NCBI RefSeq assembly: GCF_000142905.1
Contig: NW_013657628.1
Coordinates: 53,451-117,450 of the forward strand
Reading direction: 5' to 3'
Length of the DNA: 64,000 nucleotides
Source of the DNA: Thecamonas trahens ATCC 50062
Lineage: Eukaryota; Protista; Apusomonadida
This document shows positions 31,013 through 44,540 of this stretch, one piece after another. Within the stretch, counting starts at the first letter, position 1, and each line of letters opens with the position of its first letter. The position numbers were made by a program, and so were the translations under genes. A model generated the notes under the pieces. The model ran no database searches and was not told the origin of the DNA. It saw nothing but the letters and a program-made list of their open reading frames with translations.

Positions 31013-31713
31013 CTCAACCTCGGCAACAACAGTACCGCCGCCACCAGCAGTAGCCGCTGGCAGTGATGATGATGATGACGGTCCTGCTGCTGATGCAGTC
31101 TCATGGCTGGCCCCAGCTCCATCACCGTCGCTACTGACACAGCCATTGCCGCCGCGCGTGGCTCCATCACGATCGTCTCTACCATGAACGGCACCAGCAA
31201 CTTGCCCCGCAACTCTCCATGACTACCAGAGTGTGCGGCACGTGCAGCAGGAACCGCACTGGCTGGAGACTGCTGCTGGGGCCGGCGGTGGCCTCCGGCT
31301 GCGTCGGTCATCATGGCTGGCAACCTTGTCGGACGGGAGACCGCAGCCATGCGCAGACACACGCACCACCGGTCCTCGCCTAGTTGCTGAGGGAGAGGAC
31401 AAGGAAGGCGGGGAGGGAGGGAAGAAGGAAGGGGGGGGGGGAGGGGACGGTGCTGCAAGTTACGTGTGTTGCTGCAGGGCCATAGGGGTGGGGCGCGGAG
31501 GGACGGGGAGGGGGCGGGGGGAAGGGGCGAGAGAGCGACGGCTGCAATCGGCGCTCCGGCTGAAAGACTCGGCTCGCAGCCAAGTTGGCGTTCTGCTGCG
31601 TCGCTTCTTGCCCACACACTCAAACTCGGATAGTCTCGCACCTTCACTCTTTACATTCATCCTTCTACACACAGTCCTCGTCGCGGCGTCCACCGCCGCA
31701 CGGCATGCGCTCC

Positions 31714-32632
31714 TCACTTGTCAAAGAAGCGCGGGAGCTCGTTGCCCGGGATCATCATGCGCTCGACGCCGTCCTTATCAATGACAGCCATGCGGATGAG
31801 GCCACCGGAGGAGCCGTCGCGAGCCATGGCGAGGGCGAGGCCGTTACGGACAAACTCGATGCACTCGTCGCGGGTCATGCCCTCCTTGTAGTTGTCGTCG
31901 ACCCAGCCGTAGATGTAAGTCGAGCCCGAGCCACCGATGGCAAACGGCATCTTGACGACGCCGCCACCGAGCGGCACAATGTGGACCGAGCCGCCGTCGA
32001 CCTCGTCCCAGCCTGCAATGATGATGCCAGCCATGAGCGAGTCCTTGTTGTTGTACACCATCGAGCCGACCACCCTTGCCGCCACCGACACCTTGGGCTC
32101 GCCGCCGATCTCCTCCTTATGCATGGCGAGATGGAACTTGACGTACTCGGCCACAGCCTGCGTGTCAGCCGCAGACCCGGACCGGCAGCAGTAGATGTTG
32201 TCCGCAAGCTGCGTCAGCTTGTCAGACACCCGGTTGGCAATGTACGAGCCCGTCGTCGTCCGCGAGTCGGCGCCGATCACCACGCCGCCGTCAAACGCCA
32301 CGCCCATAATCGAGGTCTGTCCTTCCACAAGCCGTCCATACAACAGCACATCCCCATCACACTCTCCATGAGTCCCTCCTTCTGCCACAGCGCTTCTTCT
32401 CCTGCCTACCCTGACCAACTTGACCTCCATGGAACATGCTCCGCGACCTGCCCTCCTCTTGCCAAAAAAGCCGTAGAGCGACCTGCTGCCGCCACCGTCT
32501 CGCCCCCCTCCCCTCCCCCCCCCGCCACCCACCACCGCCCTACCTCGCCTTCCAACCTCTCGTCCGCCCACGCCCTGCCACGCCACGTACACCGAGGTCA
32601 ACCTCACCCTTCTTCAGCTCCGGGTACTCCAT
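31714..32632 (-). CDS. PSMB6: proteasome subunit beta-1; 2 exons (32632-32591, 32316-31714)
   Basis: Propeptide [14 protein letters not shown] spliced (GTACGT...ACAG) to [21 protein letters not shown]; [10 protein letters not shown]; [10 protein letters not shown]; RDGSSGG. Confidence 0.96.
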
Positions 32633-33021
32633 GTCTCCCCGCAGAGCTCAAAGACAAGTGCTCCATCCAACTCTATCCCTGGCCCAGCCACTGCCTCCGC
32701 CGCTCCGTGCTGTTGATCGGTCGCCTGTCGCTGTCTCGCCTTCTTCCAAAGGCCGGTGACAAGGCCACAGCCACGATGCCCAGTCCACCCATCGTCATAG
32801 CCAGCCACAGCCAACCAACATCATCACCATCAACCCCCTACCGCTCGTCAACCCCATCCCCCCCCCCCACCACACACACACACACGCACCACATACACCC
32901 CGATCCGATCGCCACATCAGCCGTCTCGTCGGCCTGACTCACCCAACTTGGCGGCCAACTCAGCAGCCAACTGAGGCGAGGGCAAGGGACCATCACACCG
33001 CTCTGACGCTTACCCGCAGTC

Positions 33022-33276
33022 ATGTCCCGCTTCAACCCCCAGGCCGAACTCTGGCGGCTCCACCCTGTCATTACCAAGGCGAACAACATTCGGAGCATGT
33101 TCCCTGGCTTTGGCATTGCCCTCGGTGCCTTTGGTGTCTACTGCCTCGGTGACTTTGTCGTCTCCTCCATGACCTCCTCCTCCTCGGGCCACGGCTCTGG
33201 TCATGGTCATGCTGCTGCTGCCTCGGACGCCCACGCCGGCTCGGCACACACAGACTCTGCCCACGGCGGCCACTAG
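33022..33276 (+). CDS. NDUFB3: NADH:ubiquinone oxidoreductase B12 subunit-like
   Basis: ELWRLHP..MFPGFGIALGAFGVY single-TM motif, His-rich tail, 84 aa. Confidence 0.78.
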   Translation: MSRFNPQAELWRLHPVITKANNIRSMFPGFGIALGAFGVYCLGDFVVSSMTSSSSGHGSGHGHAAAASDAHAGSAHTDSAHGGH

Positions 33277-33568
33277 TCGCCCTGCTGCTGCTACTGCTAC
33301 TGCCGCTGCCGCTGTCGCTGCTGCTTCGCTCGTCGCACTCGCCCTCGCTGCTCCCGCCTCCTCCGCCCGCCGCGGCCACCGCTGCCATCGACTGCCGCCA
33401 CAAGCTGCCCGCTGCGCTGCTGCACCGTAAACCCTTCCAACCCCTAACCCCTACCCTCTCCCTCCTTTCTCCCCCACCCCCGCTCCCCTGCTCCGCTCTC
33501 GATCTCGATCTCGACCTGGCTAGCCTGCACCGCATCGACGGCGCCGGAGATTTTTACCTGCGCCACGA

Positions 33569-34885
33569 CTACTGGGCTGGTGGGACAGGAACAGCGGGAT
33601 CACGTTCGGCTGGCGGTGCTGGTGGCTGTGCGGGCTGGAGCAGATGGTCAGGAACCCGATCCGGTGGGCGGTAGGCCGGGAAGAGCGACATGATGAACGG
33701 CGCGAGGAGGCCCACAGCCTCGTGGTACACCCGCGAGACAATCGACGCCGGCGGCGCATTCTGTTCAGCCTGCAGCTGCTGCAGCCGCGCTGCTGCCTGA
33801 GCGGCGGCATCAGCTTCGGCGGGGGCCGCAGTAGCCTCGGCAGCCGCATCGTCGGCGGCCTGCGCCGCCTGGATCTCAGCTGCAGCGGCAGCCGCGGCCT
33901 CGGCAGCCTCGCGCGCCTCGCGGAGCAGGCGGACCCGCTCGTTGAATGCGTCGTTGCGGCGCTGGATGTGGAACCGGATGAGCATCTGGGCAATGACCAC
34001 AGCGATCGCTAGCCCACCCACAAGCATCAGCTCGTCGGTTGTGATTGCTGGTGCGAGCATTGAGAGGAGGACGCCGCATTTGACCAGCATCGGAGCGGCC
34101 CAGGCGGCGGCACCGACTCCGGCACGCAACCAGCCGCCGGCACCACCACCGCCAACCGCGGCGTCGGCCTCAGCCTCGGCCTCGGCTTCGCCTCCTGCAG
34201 CCTCGCCGGCTTCTTCCATCTCGCCGCCGTTGCCTGCCGCCACGGCGTCCACCAGCGGGCTCGCCACGTCGTTCGGCTGCTGGCACCCGTCCGCCAGCTG
34301 GGCCTCGTACCACGCGCGGTAGTATTCGGCGTAGTAGGTGGCGTAGTACTGGGCCATCGCTGCCTCTGGGCTCGCCACCGGTACCAGTGTCGGCGAGCCG
34401 AGCGGACTGTACACCGCCTCGACCCGCGGGAGTGTAAACCCGTCCTCGCCGCCGACTTCCGCCTGGCCCTCGCCCTGCTGGGCTACTGCATCCGGCAGTG
34501 CAGGCGCATCTTTGTCTGTCACCTTGGGCAAGACAGCGCCGTCGGCATCGCCAGGTAGGCGCGGCGCCGGGGCGGTGAGCGGCGAGTTGGGCAGAGCCTC
34601 GGCGTTGACGTTTGACGCGGGAAAGACCAAGTGCATGGTGACACCGTCTGCATCATACGATGATCCGGCAGCGGCAAGCTTTGCAAAGACATGTGCGAGT
34701 GTGTTCGAGTCTTTGAGGATGGCGCCGGCAAAGACCAGCTTCTGACAGAGTGCTGGCGGATGCGAGGGATGATGCGCTTCGAGAACGTTCTTCAACTGGC
34801 TCACCCGCCATGAGGTGCGGGCGACCAAGTAGAACGCCGCAGCCCCATTGGCACTTTTGAGCTTCAGCAGCACACTCTCGGCCAT
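33569..34885 (-). CDS. HERP-like ER membrane ubiquitin-like-domain protein
   Basis: N-terminal UBL (WRVSQLK..HPSHP..QKLVFAGAILKD), Tyr-rich YYATYYAEYY, hydrophobic hairpin, C-terminal FIMSLFP. Confidence 0.75.
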   Translation of the reverse strand: MAESVLLKLKSANGAAAFYLVARTSWRVSQLKNVLEAHHPSHPPALCQKLVFAGAILKDSNTLAHVFAKLAAAGSSYDADGVTMHLVFPASNVNAEALPNSPLTAPAPRLPGDADGAVLPKVTDKDAPALPDAVAQQGEGQAEVGGEDGFTLPRVEAVYSPLGSPTLVPVASPEAAMAQYYATYYAEYYRAWYEAQLADGCQQPNDVASPLVDAVAAGNGGEMEEAGEAAGGEAEAEAEADAAVGGGGAGGWLRAGVGAAAWAAPMLVKCGVLLSMLAPAITTDELMLVGGLAIAVVIAQMLIRFHIQRRNDAFNERVRLLREAREAAEAAAAAAAEIQAAQAADDAAAEATAAPAEADAAAQAAARLQQLQAEQNAPPASIVSRVYHEAVGLLAPFIMSLFPAYRPPDRVPDHLLQPAQPPAPPAERDPAVPVPPAQ

Positions 34886-35707
34886 ACTGCGTATCCTCTT
34901 CCTCCTCTTTGAGCTCCTTGTTTGACCTTGTCACACACGACGAGTGTGACCCCCCTCACCACGCTCCCGCCCTGCTGTCGGCGTTCACTGCCGTCTCGCT
35001 GACGTCGGCGACTGGCTGCTGCTTCCATCACTTGCCAGCTGCTGCATGCCGACATCAAACCGCCATCAACTGCCATCCGCCGGTCTCACTCTACCCGTCC
35101 TGCCCCCTTGCACCGCCCCCCTTACACCGCCCCCTAAAACCGCCCGTTCCGAATGTCGCAATCCACGCAACCACGCATGACTGCGACCCTGAATCACGCC
35201 TGACCTCCCGACCCAGCCCACCACCACCACCACCATCATTGCCATCATCATCGCCATCACACATACCCACAGATACACACCCACAGAGACATCCACCACT
35301 CCTCGATCGCCATCCCCACACCCCCCCCTCCATCCGCCCCTCCATCTACCAAGAGGGAAAACCGGTGTGAACGTGACGCCGGACAAGCCACCACAGAGCA
35401 ACAAGAACAACCACTTGACGTCGGACGGACGGTACGCCACACAGCCATTCCCTACCACCTTCTCCCACCACCACCCGCATATACACAGACATACTCCCTC
35501 TCCCTCTCTGCCCTCCCTTCTCCCCCACCACACCTCTTTCCTCCCTACCTACCTACCCCCCCTCCCCCCCTTCCCCCCTTCCCCCCTTCCCCACCCCCCC
35601 CTCCCCTTCCCCTCCACCTTGTTCTCCATCGTTTCCTTTCCACAGACAGTGACAGAGCCTTTCTTCCGGCCACCACCACCACCACCACCACCAACACTAC
35701 CCTGTCA

Positions 35708-35708
<1 letters not shown>

Positions 35709-35773
<65 letters not shown>

Positions 35774-35949
35774 CCTCCTCCTCCCTACCCTACCCTACCC
35801 TACCCTACCACCCACCCACCACNNNNNNNNNNNNNNNNNNNNNNNNNNNNNNNNNNNNNNNNNNNNNNNNNNNNNNNNNNNNNNNNNNNNNNNNNNNNNN
35901 NNNNNNNNNNNNNNNNNNNNNNNNNNNNNNNNNNNNNNNNNCACCTCAC

Positions 35950-36038
<89 letters not shown>
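35709..36038. repeat. (CA)n microsatellites flanking an N gap (35823-35941)
   Basis: Direct observation. Confidence 0.95.
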
Positions 36039-36040
<2 letters not shown>

Positions 36041-36278
36041 ACCATTCCCTCTCCCTCCCACTACCCCCTATCCACACCCCACACACCCACACCCCACACA
36101 CAAACACAAACATACACACGCATTCCCCCACGCATGCACGTTGGCATACCTTCCACCTGAGTGGCGTCACAAGCCAAAAATTCGATTCCACCACCTTCTG
36201 ACCCCTCCTTCTCCTCCCCCCTCCCCCTCCCCCCCCCCCCCCCCGCCCTTCACTCACTCATGCACAATTCAAGACGGA

Positions 36279-39200
36279 ATGGTGGAGAGTGATGCCACTG
36301 GTGGGCCTGATTCGGCTCCCGAGTCTACTACTGTGCCAGAGCTGGCAGTGACTGCTCCGGATGATGCCATGAATGAGGAGAGCAAGACTGTGGTGGGGAC
36401 CGAGGCTGGGGACAATGACCGGACTGATGGTGCTGTGTCAGAGCCGACTGGGGATGATGCTGGTGACGATGGCGATGAGGATGCTCCGGTGACTGGGGGA
36501 AAGGACAAAGAAGTTTCCAAACCCGAGCCGGAGCCGGTCTCTGTCGCCATCGAGGCCGAGCAAGACCAGGATGAAAAGTACCTCAAGGCGTTCTTCACAA
36601 AGGTCGACCGCGCTCTCACGCCGTCAGCGGACAACCCGACCCAGCTCCTTGCCGACATTCATGGGTACATGGACAAGGCAATTGCCGAGCGCGATGTCGA
36701 GCTCCCGGCACCCGAGCCGACCGCAGACGATGCCGCCGCCGACGCCGCGCCGGCGCCCGCCGCCGAGCCTGTCCGCGGTGCAACCGTCTTTTCGCAGGTC
36801 TTCTTCAACAACGCGCTATTTGTCATGACCACCACCCTCGTCGACCGGTCATACGAGTTTGAGTCGTGGGCGTCCGCGGCCGAGGCCTTTCTGGTCCGAG
36901 CCGTCACCTTTGTGTCGGGCGAGATCCACGCCGCCATTGCCGACGGCCGCGCCGTCGACGACAAGATGATGCGTGTGCTCGAGGGTGCTCTGCGGCCCAA
37001 GGGCCGAATGTACAAGAACCACGGCCTGGTCTCGGAGCTCAGCACCGACGACCCCCGTGCTGCAGCCTACGCCCATGGGGCGCATGCTGCAGTCGTCATT
37101 GCCCACTCGGCCGGCTCGATCTGCGAGTCGGTCCACTTTGGCGCCGTCCTCGAGGCCTTTGTCAACGCCTCGGGCTTTGGTGCACTCACGGCGCTGCTCT
37201 CACTCGCCGACCTCGACGTCGCGCTCCTTGTCCGACTTCTCGAGCTTGTTGAAAAGGTCCGCGGCTGCCTGACCAAGGACTTTCTAGCCGCCACCGCCTC
37301 CGAGCTCCACGACGCCATCCTCGCCTTCATCAAGGGCCTGGACGACCGCGCCCGCCGCGAGGTTGACCTCGTCGACCTCGCCGACGTCCTCAACTCGCTC
37401 GCCAAGATTGTCATCGCTGCCGACGAGCCGCAGCTCAATGCAGCCGTCCAAGAGTACAAGCTCCAGCTGGCGCTCGAGTTTATGGGCCTCCCGTACATCC
37501 GCGCCGTCGTCACCGCCATCGACTGGATCGTGCATCTCACCAAGGTTGCTGCCGGCAAGAAGAAGGAGAACTCGTCGTTCCGCAAGGCACGCAGTGGCGC
37601 CGGAAGCTCGTCGCGGGCCTCGACAAGCACCTACTCGTACTCGGCCGCCGTCGCGTCGGCATCGTCGTCGGCCGCTGGTCCGTCGCGCAAGCGCTCGAAC
37701 TCGGACCCGGACCCGGCAGCGTCGACATCGATGGCCATTGTCCCGGTCACTACCGTCCTGACTGACGGCATCTACTTTCCGGGTGACGAGGACAACGCGC
37801 CGGTCGCCGGCTGCGCTTCGTTTGAGGAGCATGTGACGTCGGGTGGTGGCAACGGGAACGCGGCCCGCGCCCGCTCCGCCAACAACTCGCCAGCCGGCTC
37901 GGATGGCGAGGGCGGCGAGGAGCTTGTTGTCTTTGGCTCCAACCGCGGCCTCTCAGCACTCGACCCGCCGTCGCCCGCGCCGTCGTCAGCCGCCGCCTCG
38001 TCGGCTGCCTCGGCCGAGTCCTCACCGCGCTCGACCCGCAAGTCGCCGCCTTCGCCGCCGCCCAAGCCTCCGCCGCTCTTCCTCACCACCGAGTACCTCC
38101 TCGCCTGGATGGAGGAGCATGACATTGTCTCGGCCATCCTCCGGCTCGAGCACCCCGAGGCTGTCAAGCGCGGCGGCAAGATCCTCGAGTTTATCGCCTC
38201 GTCATCGTCGCTCTCCACAGACGTCCTCGACCACATCTGGTCGTCGGCGCTCAACGTCCACGAGTCAGTCCAGGTCAAGGTCTTTGAGCTTATCGAGTCG
38301 CTGCTTCCACTTATCGAGCCGGAGCAGGTCGACCACCTCTTCGACTCGATCCTCAAGCTCACCGTCGACCAGTTCAACAACCAGGTCCTCTCCTTCCTCT
38401 CGGACTTTACCAAAAGAGCTATCCTCGTCCACAACACCCGCGTCGCCAAGATTGCCTCTGATGCCCGTCGCAAACTCTCCGAGGCCCTCGCCTCGGACGA
38501 GGACGCCGCTGCCGCCGACGAGGCCACCATCGCCGCCCTCCAAGCCGACATTGAGGCCGCCGAGGCCGCCAAGGCCAAGCCCAAGCTCTATGGTCTCGAG
38601 ATCTTCTGGGACCTGCTCGTCGAGGACTCGGCCGACGAGGCTGTCCTCCGCGAGGCTTGCCAGCACCTGCAGGCTCTCCTCAAGACCTACAAGCAGCATC
38701 GCTCGCTCTTTCTCAAGCGCACCATTGACAACGTCCACGCCGGCCGCATCGTCTCCACCTCGCTCAGGCTGCTCTCGGAAATCCTCGCCACTTGCCCGTC
38801 GTCGGACCTCGCCGCCACCATCTCGTCGCTCGAGGAGTCGTACGGCGTCCTTTCGCCGCTTGCCGCCTCGCTAGCGTCGTGCGCCGCCGCCGACGACACC
38901 CAGGTCGAGCTCAAGCTCCGCCTCTCCACCCTCGAGTTTCTCCTCACCCGCTCGCCGCTCGAGCTCCCCATCGACCAGGCTCTGGCGATCTGGGACGGCA
39001 TCCTTGCTGCCGGCGCCCCCGACGTCGCCTTTGACTGGTTCTCCTCGCTTCCGGCCCGAGTCCTTGTCGACCCGTACAAGAAAGCCTCGGCACGAACCTC
39101 GTCCACGTTCCCGGTCATGACGGCGGCTCTCACCGACGCTCTCTTCACTCAGCGCCTCATGGAGCTCCCGGTTGCCTCGTTCACCTCGGCCGGCATGGTC

Positions 39201-42200
39201 CTGTATCAGGAGTTCTTTGTCGCCGTCAACGCCCGCCGCCGCGCGCTTCGCCGCCTCGGTGAGACCGCTTTCAAGATCAAGGACTTTGACGGCCTTGTGG
39301 GCCTCGGCAAGCTCTGGCGCCTTGCCTTTGAGGTCTCCGCTGACGATGTGGCCAACCCGGCGTTGCTCATGCTCCGCATGACCCACACCTCGGTCTCGTC
39401 GCGGGTCGAGCCGCTTGCCCTCGCCGCCGTCCGCACCGCCTTTGCCGACAAGACCTTTGGCCTGCTCGTCTCGTTTGCCTCGGGTGGCCAGGGTGATGGC
39501 ACGGCCAAGTACGCCGCGCGCGCGCTCTACCTCCTCACCGAGGTGGTCAACGCCGAGGCCGGCGCCGCCCTCGGTGCCTCGGCCCTCCTCTCGGCCGACC
39601 GGTTTGACCAGCTCTTTGCGCTCCTCGCCACCGCGCCGGCCAACCGCGCCGCCCTCTGGCAGCTCCTGCAGGCACTTCCGGCCAACCTGGACCTGGCGAG
39701 CTCGCTCGACGCGCTTGAGCGCGTGGGTGAGACCGGCCCCATCGCCGCCCTCGCCAAGTTTGCGCCAGACTCGCCGCTCTTTGTCTTTCACCAGCTCTAC
39801 GTCCTCCTCCTTGTGCAGGCCAGGATTGCGGACCAGCCGGCGTGGGCCGAGCAGTTTGTCGCCGCTGGCGGCCTGGTCCACTGCGTCGAGCTCTTCACCT
39901 CGCCGCAGCTCCTCGACCGCGAGACTGACGACTTTGCCTACGCCAAGCAGCTGTCGTCGCTCCTCGCAGTTCTCATTAACTCCATCTTCACCTCGGGCCT
40001 GCTCTCGCCCGAGACGCTCGCCGGCACCCTCGACGCCTCGTTTGTCCACGGGCTGATGGACCAGATCACCCAGCTCGCGTCGCCGCAAGATGTCTCCACC
40101 TCGGATACTCTGCTCGAGCTCGAGGCCAAGATGCCGTCCAAGGCCTCCAAGGTGGCCGACCGCATCGCCAACTGCCACTACGGCGCCAACAAGCTCCACA
40201 CCAAGTGGGTCATCGAGGGCTCGGCCCACTACCAGGTCGCTGCCTACTGCATCGACTACAACACCCATCGCCGCGCCCAGTCGATGGTGGCCTGGATCGG
40301 CGACGACGACTCGCTCGGCAACAATCCCAACTCCGAAGGCGAGCACCCGCGCGCTGTTGTTCTCGAGGGTGAGTCGTTCCACAACGGTCAGTGGGTGGTG
40401 TGGGACGTCCATGGCGAAGGCACTTTTAACCTCGTCATCGACACGGTCGGCAACGAGCCGCCCAACTGGACCCTCTCTGCCATACTTGTCGACAAGTCGC
40501 CGAATGGGAGCCGCGGTGAGCCGACCGACGGCTACCCGGCGCTTGTTACCATCGACTCCAAGACCCAGGGCAAGTGGCGCGGCGTGTATGGCGCGTGCGG
40601 CGGTGTTCTTCTCGGCAAAGAGGATTACATTGTGCCACCTCGGGTCTCGGGCCCGAGCACGCCCAAGTTTGCCTCGTTTGACACCAAGGGCGCCCTCAAG
40701 TACGCCTGGATCCACGCCCTCACCTCGGATCCGCGCGGCATGCAGATGGTGCCGGACCCCGAGGCCGATGACTTTGACGCTCTCGCCGACGACGACTCGG
40801 ACGACGAGGCCGAGCCGGTGGAGGACACAAAGCCGGCTGGAGCCGCCAACCAGACGTCATCGCGCAAGGCTGCGCCCGTCGTCCGCGGCGGCGAGGCCGG
40901 TCGCATCGCTGCCGCCCGTGCGGCGTCTGCTGCTGACGAGGCCGCCGCGGCTGCCACCTCGGCAACCGCGCCGATGCCGGTCGACAAGCCTGCTTCCGGT
41001 GCAGATGCCGCAGGTGGTGCCGATGCCGCAGGTGCTGCCGATGCTGCCGATGACGCTACAGGCTCGCCCGAGGGCCTCATGTCGATGCTTGTGGCGTCGA
41101 TCGGCTCGGCGCCGGGCCTCATGCCGGCGGTGCTGTCGTACCCAGGCCTCACCGAGTGGCTCAAGACCGTGCTGCTGACCGGGACCGACACTGCAGCGCG
41201 CGGCCGGGTGGCAGCCGGCCTGCTCTCGCTGGTGGGGATGGACGCGGCAACGCTCGGCACGCCGCTGCTTGAGCTCATGAGCTCTCTGCTTGACAGGGCC
41301 GAGGATCTCCGCGACGAGGTTGCCTCTTTTGCGCAGTTCTTTGATGTTCTCGCTGGCCTGCATGCGGCGGCGACGTCGGCCGACGAGGCGAGTGCCCTTG
41401 TGCCGGGCCTTGTGGACGCGGTGGTCTCTGCGCCGTTTGTGGAGGATTACGAGGACCTCGAGGCGTCGGAGGATAGCCTGTTTGCAGGCCGGCTTGCTCT
41501 AGCTGCGCAGGTGCTCGAGCTTGCGGGTGCGTCGGGTGTGGCCGCCATTCCGGGCGGCGTTTCGTCGCTGGTTGAGCACCTGGCGGACGTGGTGCTATTC
41601 GGCATGCCGGCGTCCAAGACGGCAGACCCCGTGCCCAAGGCCAAGACCAAGGGCACGCGCGAGGCTGCGTTCAAGCTCCTCTCCGCGCTGGCGGCCAAGG
41701 CCGAGGCTGGCTCGCTGGCCAAGGTCCTGGGGCTTGTGGAGGGGCTGTACGGCAAGGCCGAGTTGCCGGGCAACGACGACTGGGGGCTGGACATGTCTGG
41801 CGAGGTGACGACGTCGGGCGGGACCGGGCAGGCCGGCTCGCACGGCGGCCAGGCGTATGCCGGCCTCCGCAACCAGGGCTGCACCTGCTACATGAATGCC
41901 ACGCTCCAGCAGCTGTACATCATTCCGCAGCTCCGCGAGGCTATTCTCAAGGCGCCAATTGATGAGAAGCTGAGCGAAGAGGAGCTCAAGGGCAACATCA
42001 TGTTCCAGCTGCAGCTCCTGTTCGCGTACATGCAAGAGTCGAAGACGTCGTGGGTGGAGACCATCGACTTTTGCAAGACGGTCAAGCTCAACGGGCAGAC
42101 GATCAATGTGCGTCAGCAGGAGGACGCCAACGAGTTCTTCAACTCGCTTGTCGATCAGCTCGAGCCGTTCATCAAGGGGACCGAGGCCGAGGAGATGTTC

Positions 42201-44500
42201 AACCTCGCGTTTGGCGGGCGGTTCATCAACCAGATCATTTCGCAAGACTGCAAGCACACCCGCGAGCGCGAGGAGGACTTTTTGACCATGACGGTCAAGG
42301 TGCAGGGCAAGCGGAACCTAGAGGAGGGCCTCAACTCGTTTGTGGACGCGGACGTGCTCGACGGAAACAACAAGTACCACTGCGAGGACTGCGACGCCAA
42401 GGTGACGGCGCGCAAGCGGTGCTGCATTCAGCACCTGCCAAACCTTCTCGCGCTGCACTTGTGCCGCTTCGAGTTTTCGTTTGAGACCTTCCAGAACGTC
42501 AAGGTCTACGACCACTTTGAGTTCCCCATGGACCTCGACATGCGGCCGTACACCAAGGAGGGCCTTGCGGCCAAGGAAGGCACACCGATTGCCGACGAGC
42601 TTGTCCGGCCGGACTCGTACTATCAGTACGAGCTGGTCGGTATCCTCATCCACTCGGGCTCGGCCAACGCCGGCCACTACTACTCGTACATTCGCGAGCG
42701 CGAGGTGGCCGACGACACCGAGCCGCGGTGGTTTGAGTTCAACGACCGCCGCGTCACGCCGTTCTCGGTCGACTCGATTCCGGCCCAGGCCTTTGGCGGC
42801 AACTACTCGGGCATGTCGACGTCGGCCAAGCCGTTTTCGGCGTATATGCTCTTCTACGAGCGCAAGACCAAGTATGGAGTGCGGACTTACGACGCAACAC
42901 CGCTGCCCGGCCTCACCGCCGCCGCCGACGCCGCCGCCGCCGCCGACGCTACCGACAACCCGGCTATCCTGGACAAGATCTGGCGCGATGCAGTGACGTC
43001 GGCGTCGAACAAGGCCTTCCTCTCGGCGCCGACGCTCGAGTTTATGTGGGACCTGGTTTTGCTGCAGACTCGCGAGCTCGACGCCATCGAGCCGGTCACC
43101 GACTACCGCGACCGACCGAGGCCGAGCTGACCGAGCCAGGCCTCTTTGCCACCATTCGCTTTGGCGTCCGCCTCATCATGGACATTCTCATCCACACCCA
43201 CCACTCGGAGCCAGTCCCGTCCAAGATGGAGTACGTTGCGTCGCTGCTGCGCAAGTCGGTGCCGGCGTGCAAGTGGCTCCTCGACACGTTCATCGCAACC
43301 AAGTGGCTCGACAACGCGCTGCTGGCGTGCCCGCAGGCCCCGTGGCGGCGCGCTGTCGCCGACCTGGTTGTAGTCGCCCTCTCTGCTGTCGTCCCGCACG
43401 AGCAGGACTACTGGTTTGGCGACGCCCGGGCCAAGGGTGACGAGGCTCATGCCGAGCCTGCAGCAGAAGCCGACGACAAGGCTAACGATGGGGCCACAAC
43501 CGCGGTCAAGTTTATCAACAAGCTCATTGCACTCCTTACCGAGTCTGCATACAAGCCGCCGGTCAAGACGGAGGAGCTGCTGTACACGCTGCTGCAGTTT
43601 GCGCAGATCGGGCTCGGCCCGGTGCGGTACCTGGTGTCTGTCAATGCGATCACGGACCTCATTGCACTGTACGAGACACACAAGCCGTCACACTCGCCGG
43701 CAGCCAAGGCGCAGCACACGACGCTGGTCAAGCTGCTGGTCAAGCTGGTGACCGGGTGCCAGAATCCGTGCCACGCGTCGTACCGCAAGCGGCTGCCCGA
43801 GGGTGCTCTGCCGGCGCCGACCGGCATCGCGCTCCCACCCAAGGCTGTCTCTGTCCTCACCTCCAAGACAGTGCTCCAGCCGCTGCTGCGGTTCGCCGAG
43901 TACGCCGACGACATGCGGGAGATGTGCACGCACCTGGCGTTTGGCAACCGCATGGTGTCCAAGCTTGTGCTCGACGTGTGCATTGCCGGTACCTCGTCGT
44001 ACGTGTCGACCGATGTCCAGCGCGAGCTGTACACCTCGACAGCCGCGGCGCTCATTGCGCTGCCGGACGACGACTCGCAGTGGCGGGCGCTCCACTGGAG
44101 CAAAGCGGTGGTCACTGCGCTCACCAACAACCAGCGGGTGCCCAAGACCCGCGAGGTCTACCTCGCGTACATTGTCGAGCGGGCCAAGGCCGACGACGGG
44201 TTCCGCGTCATGGTCGGCAACTCGGCCAAGCTGCACAAGCTCATCTCGGCCTCGGCCCCGATCCGCACTGTGGTGCAGAACAAGTACCACGACATCTTCA
44301 TCCACCTCTTCCCCAAGATGCAGGCCGTCGTCGATCTGCCGATTTCGTCGTCAACCGCCTCGCGCCCCGTTGTCCGCGTCCTCACCGAGGCCGACCACAA
44401 GGCCGACAACGACGCCAAGGGCAAGGACGATGTCGATCCGGCCGACGCCGCAGCCATGGCGCTGGTCCCGATCTCAGACGTCTCGGATGTGGTCGAATGA
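36279..44500 (+). CDS. USP34/USP24/USP9-type ubiquitin carboxyl-terminal hydrolase, with a 1-nt frameshift near 43112
   Basis: Cys box GLRNQGCTCYMNATLQQL, QQEDANEF, His box IHSGSANAGHYYSYI, WFEFND; long helical N-terminus. ORF 43046..44500 continues it (LLACPQAPWRRAVADL). Confidence 0.92.
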
Positions 44501-44540
44501 AGAATGAATGCACCATTGTGGCAGTGTGTTTGGTTTGGCA

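Noticed and set aside
33428-33456. Telomere-like CCCTAA
   Set aside because: A single degenerate copy in a C-rich spacer
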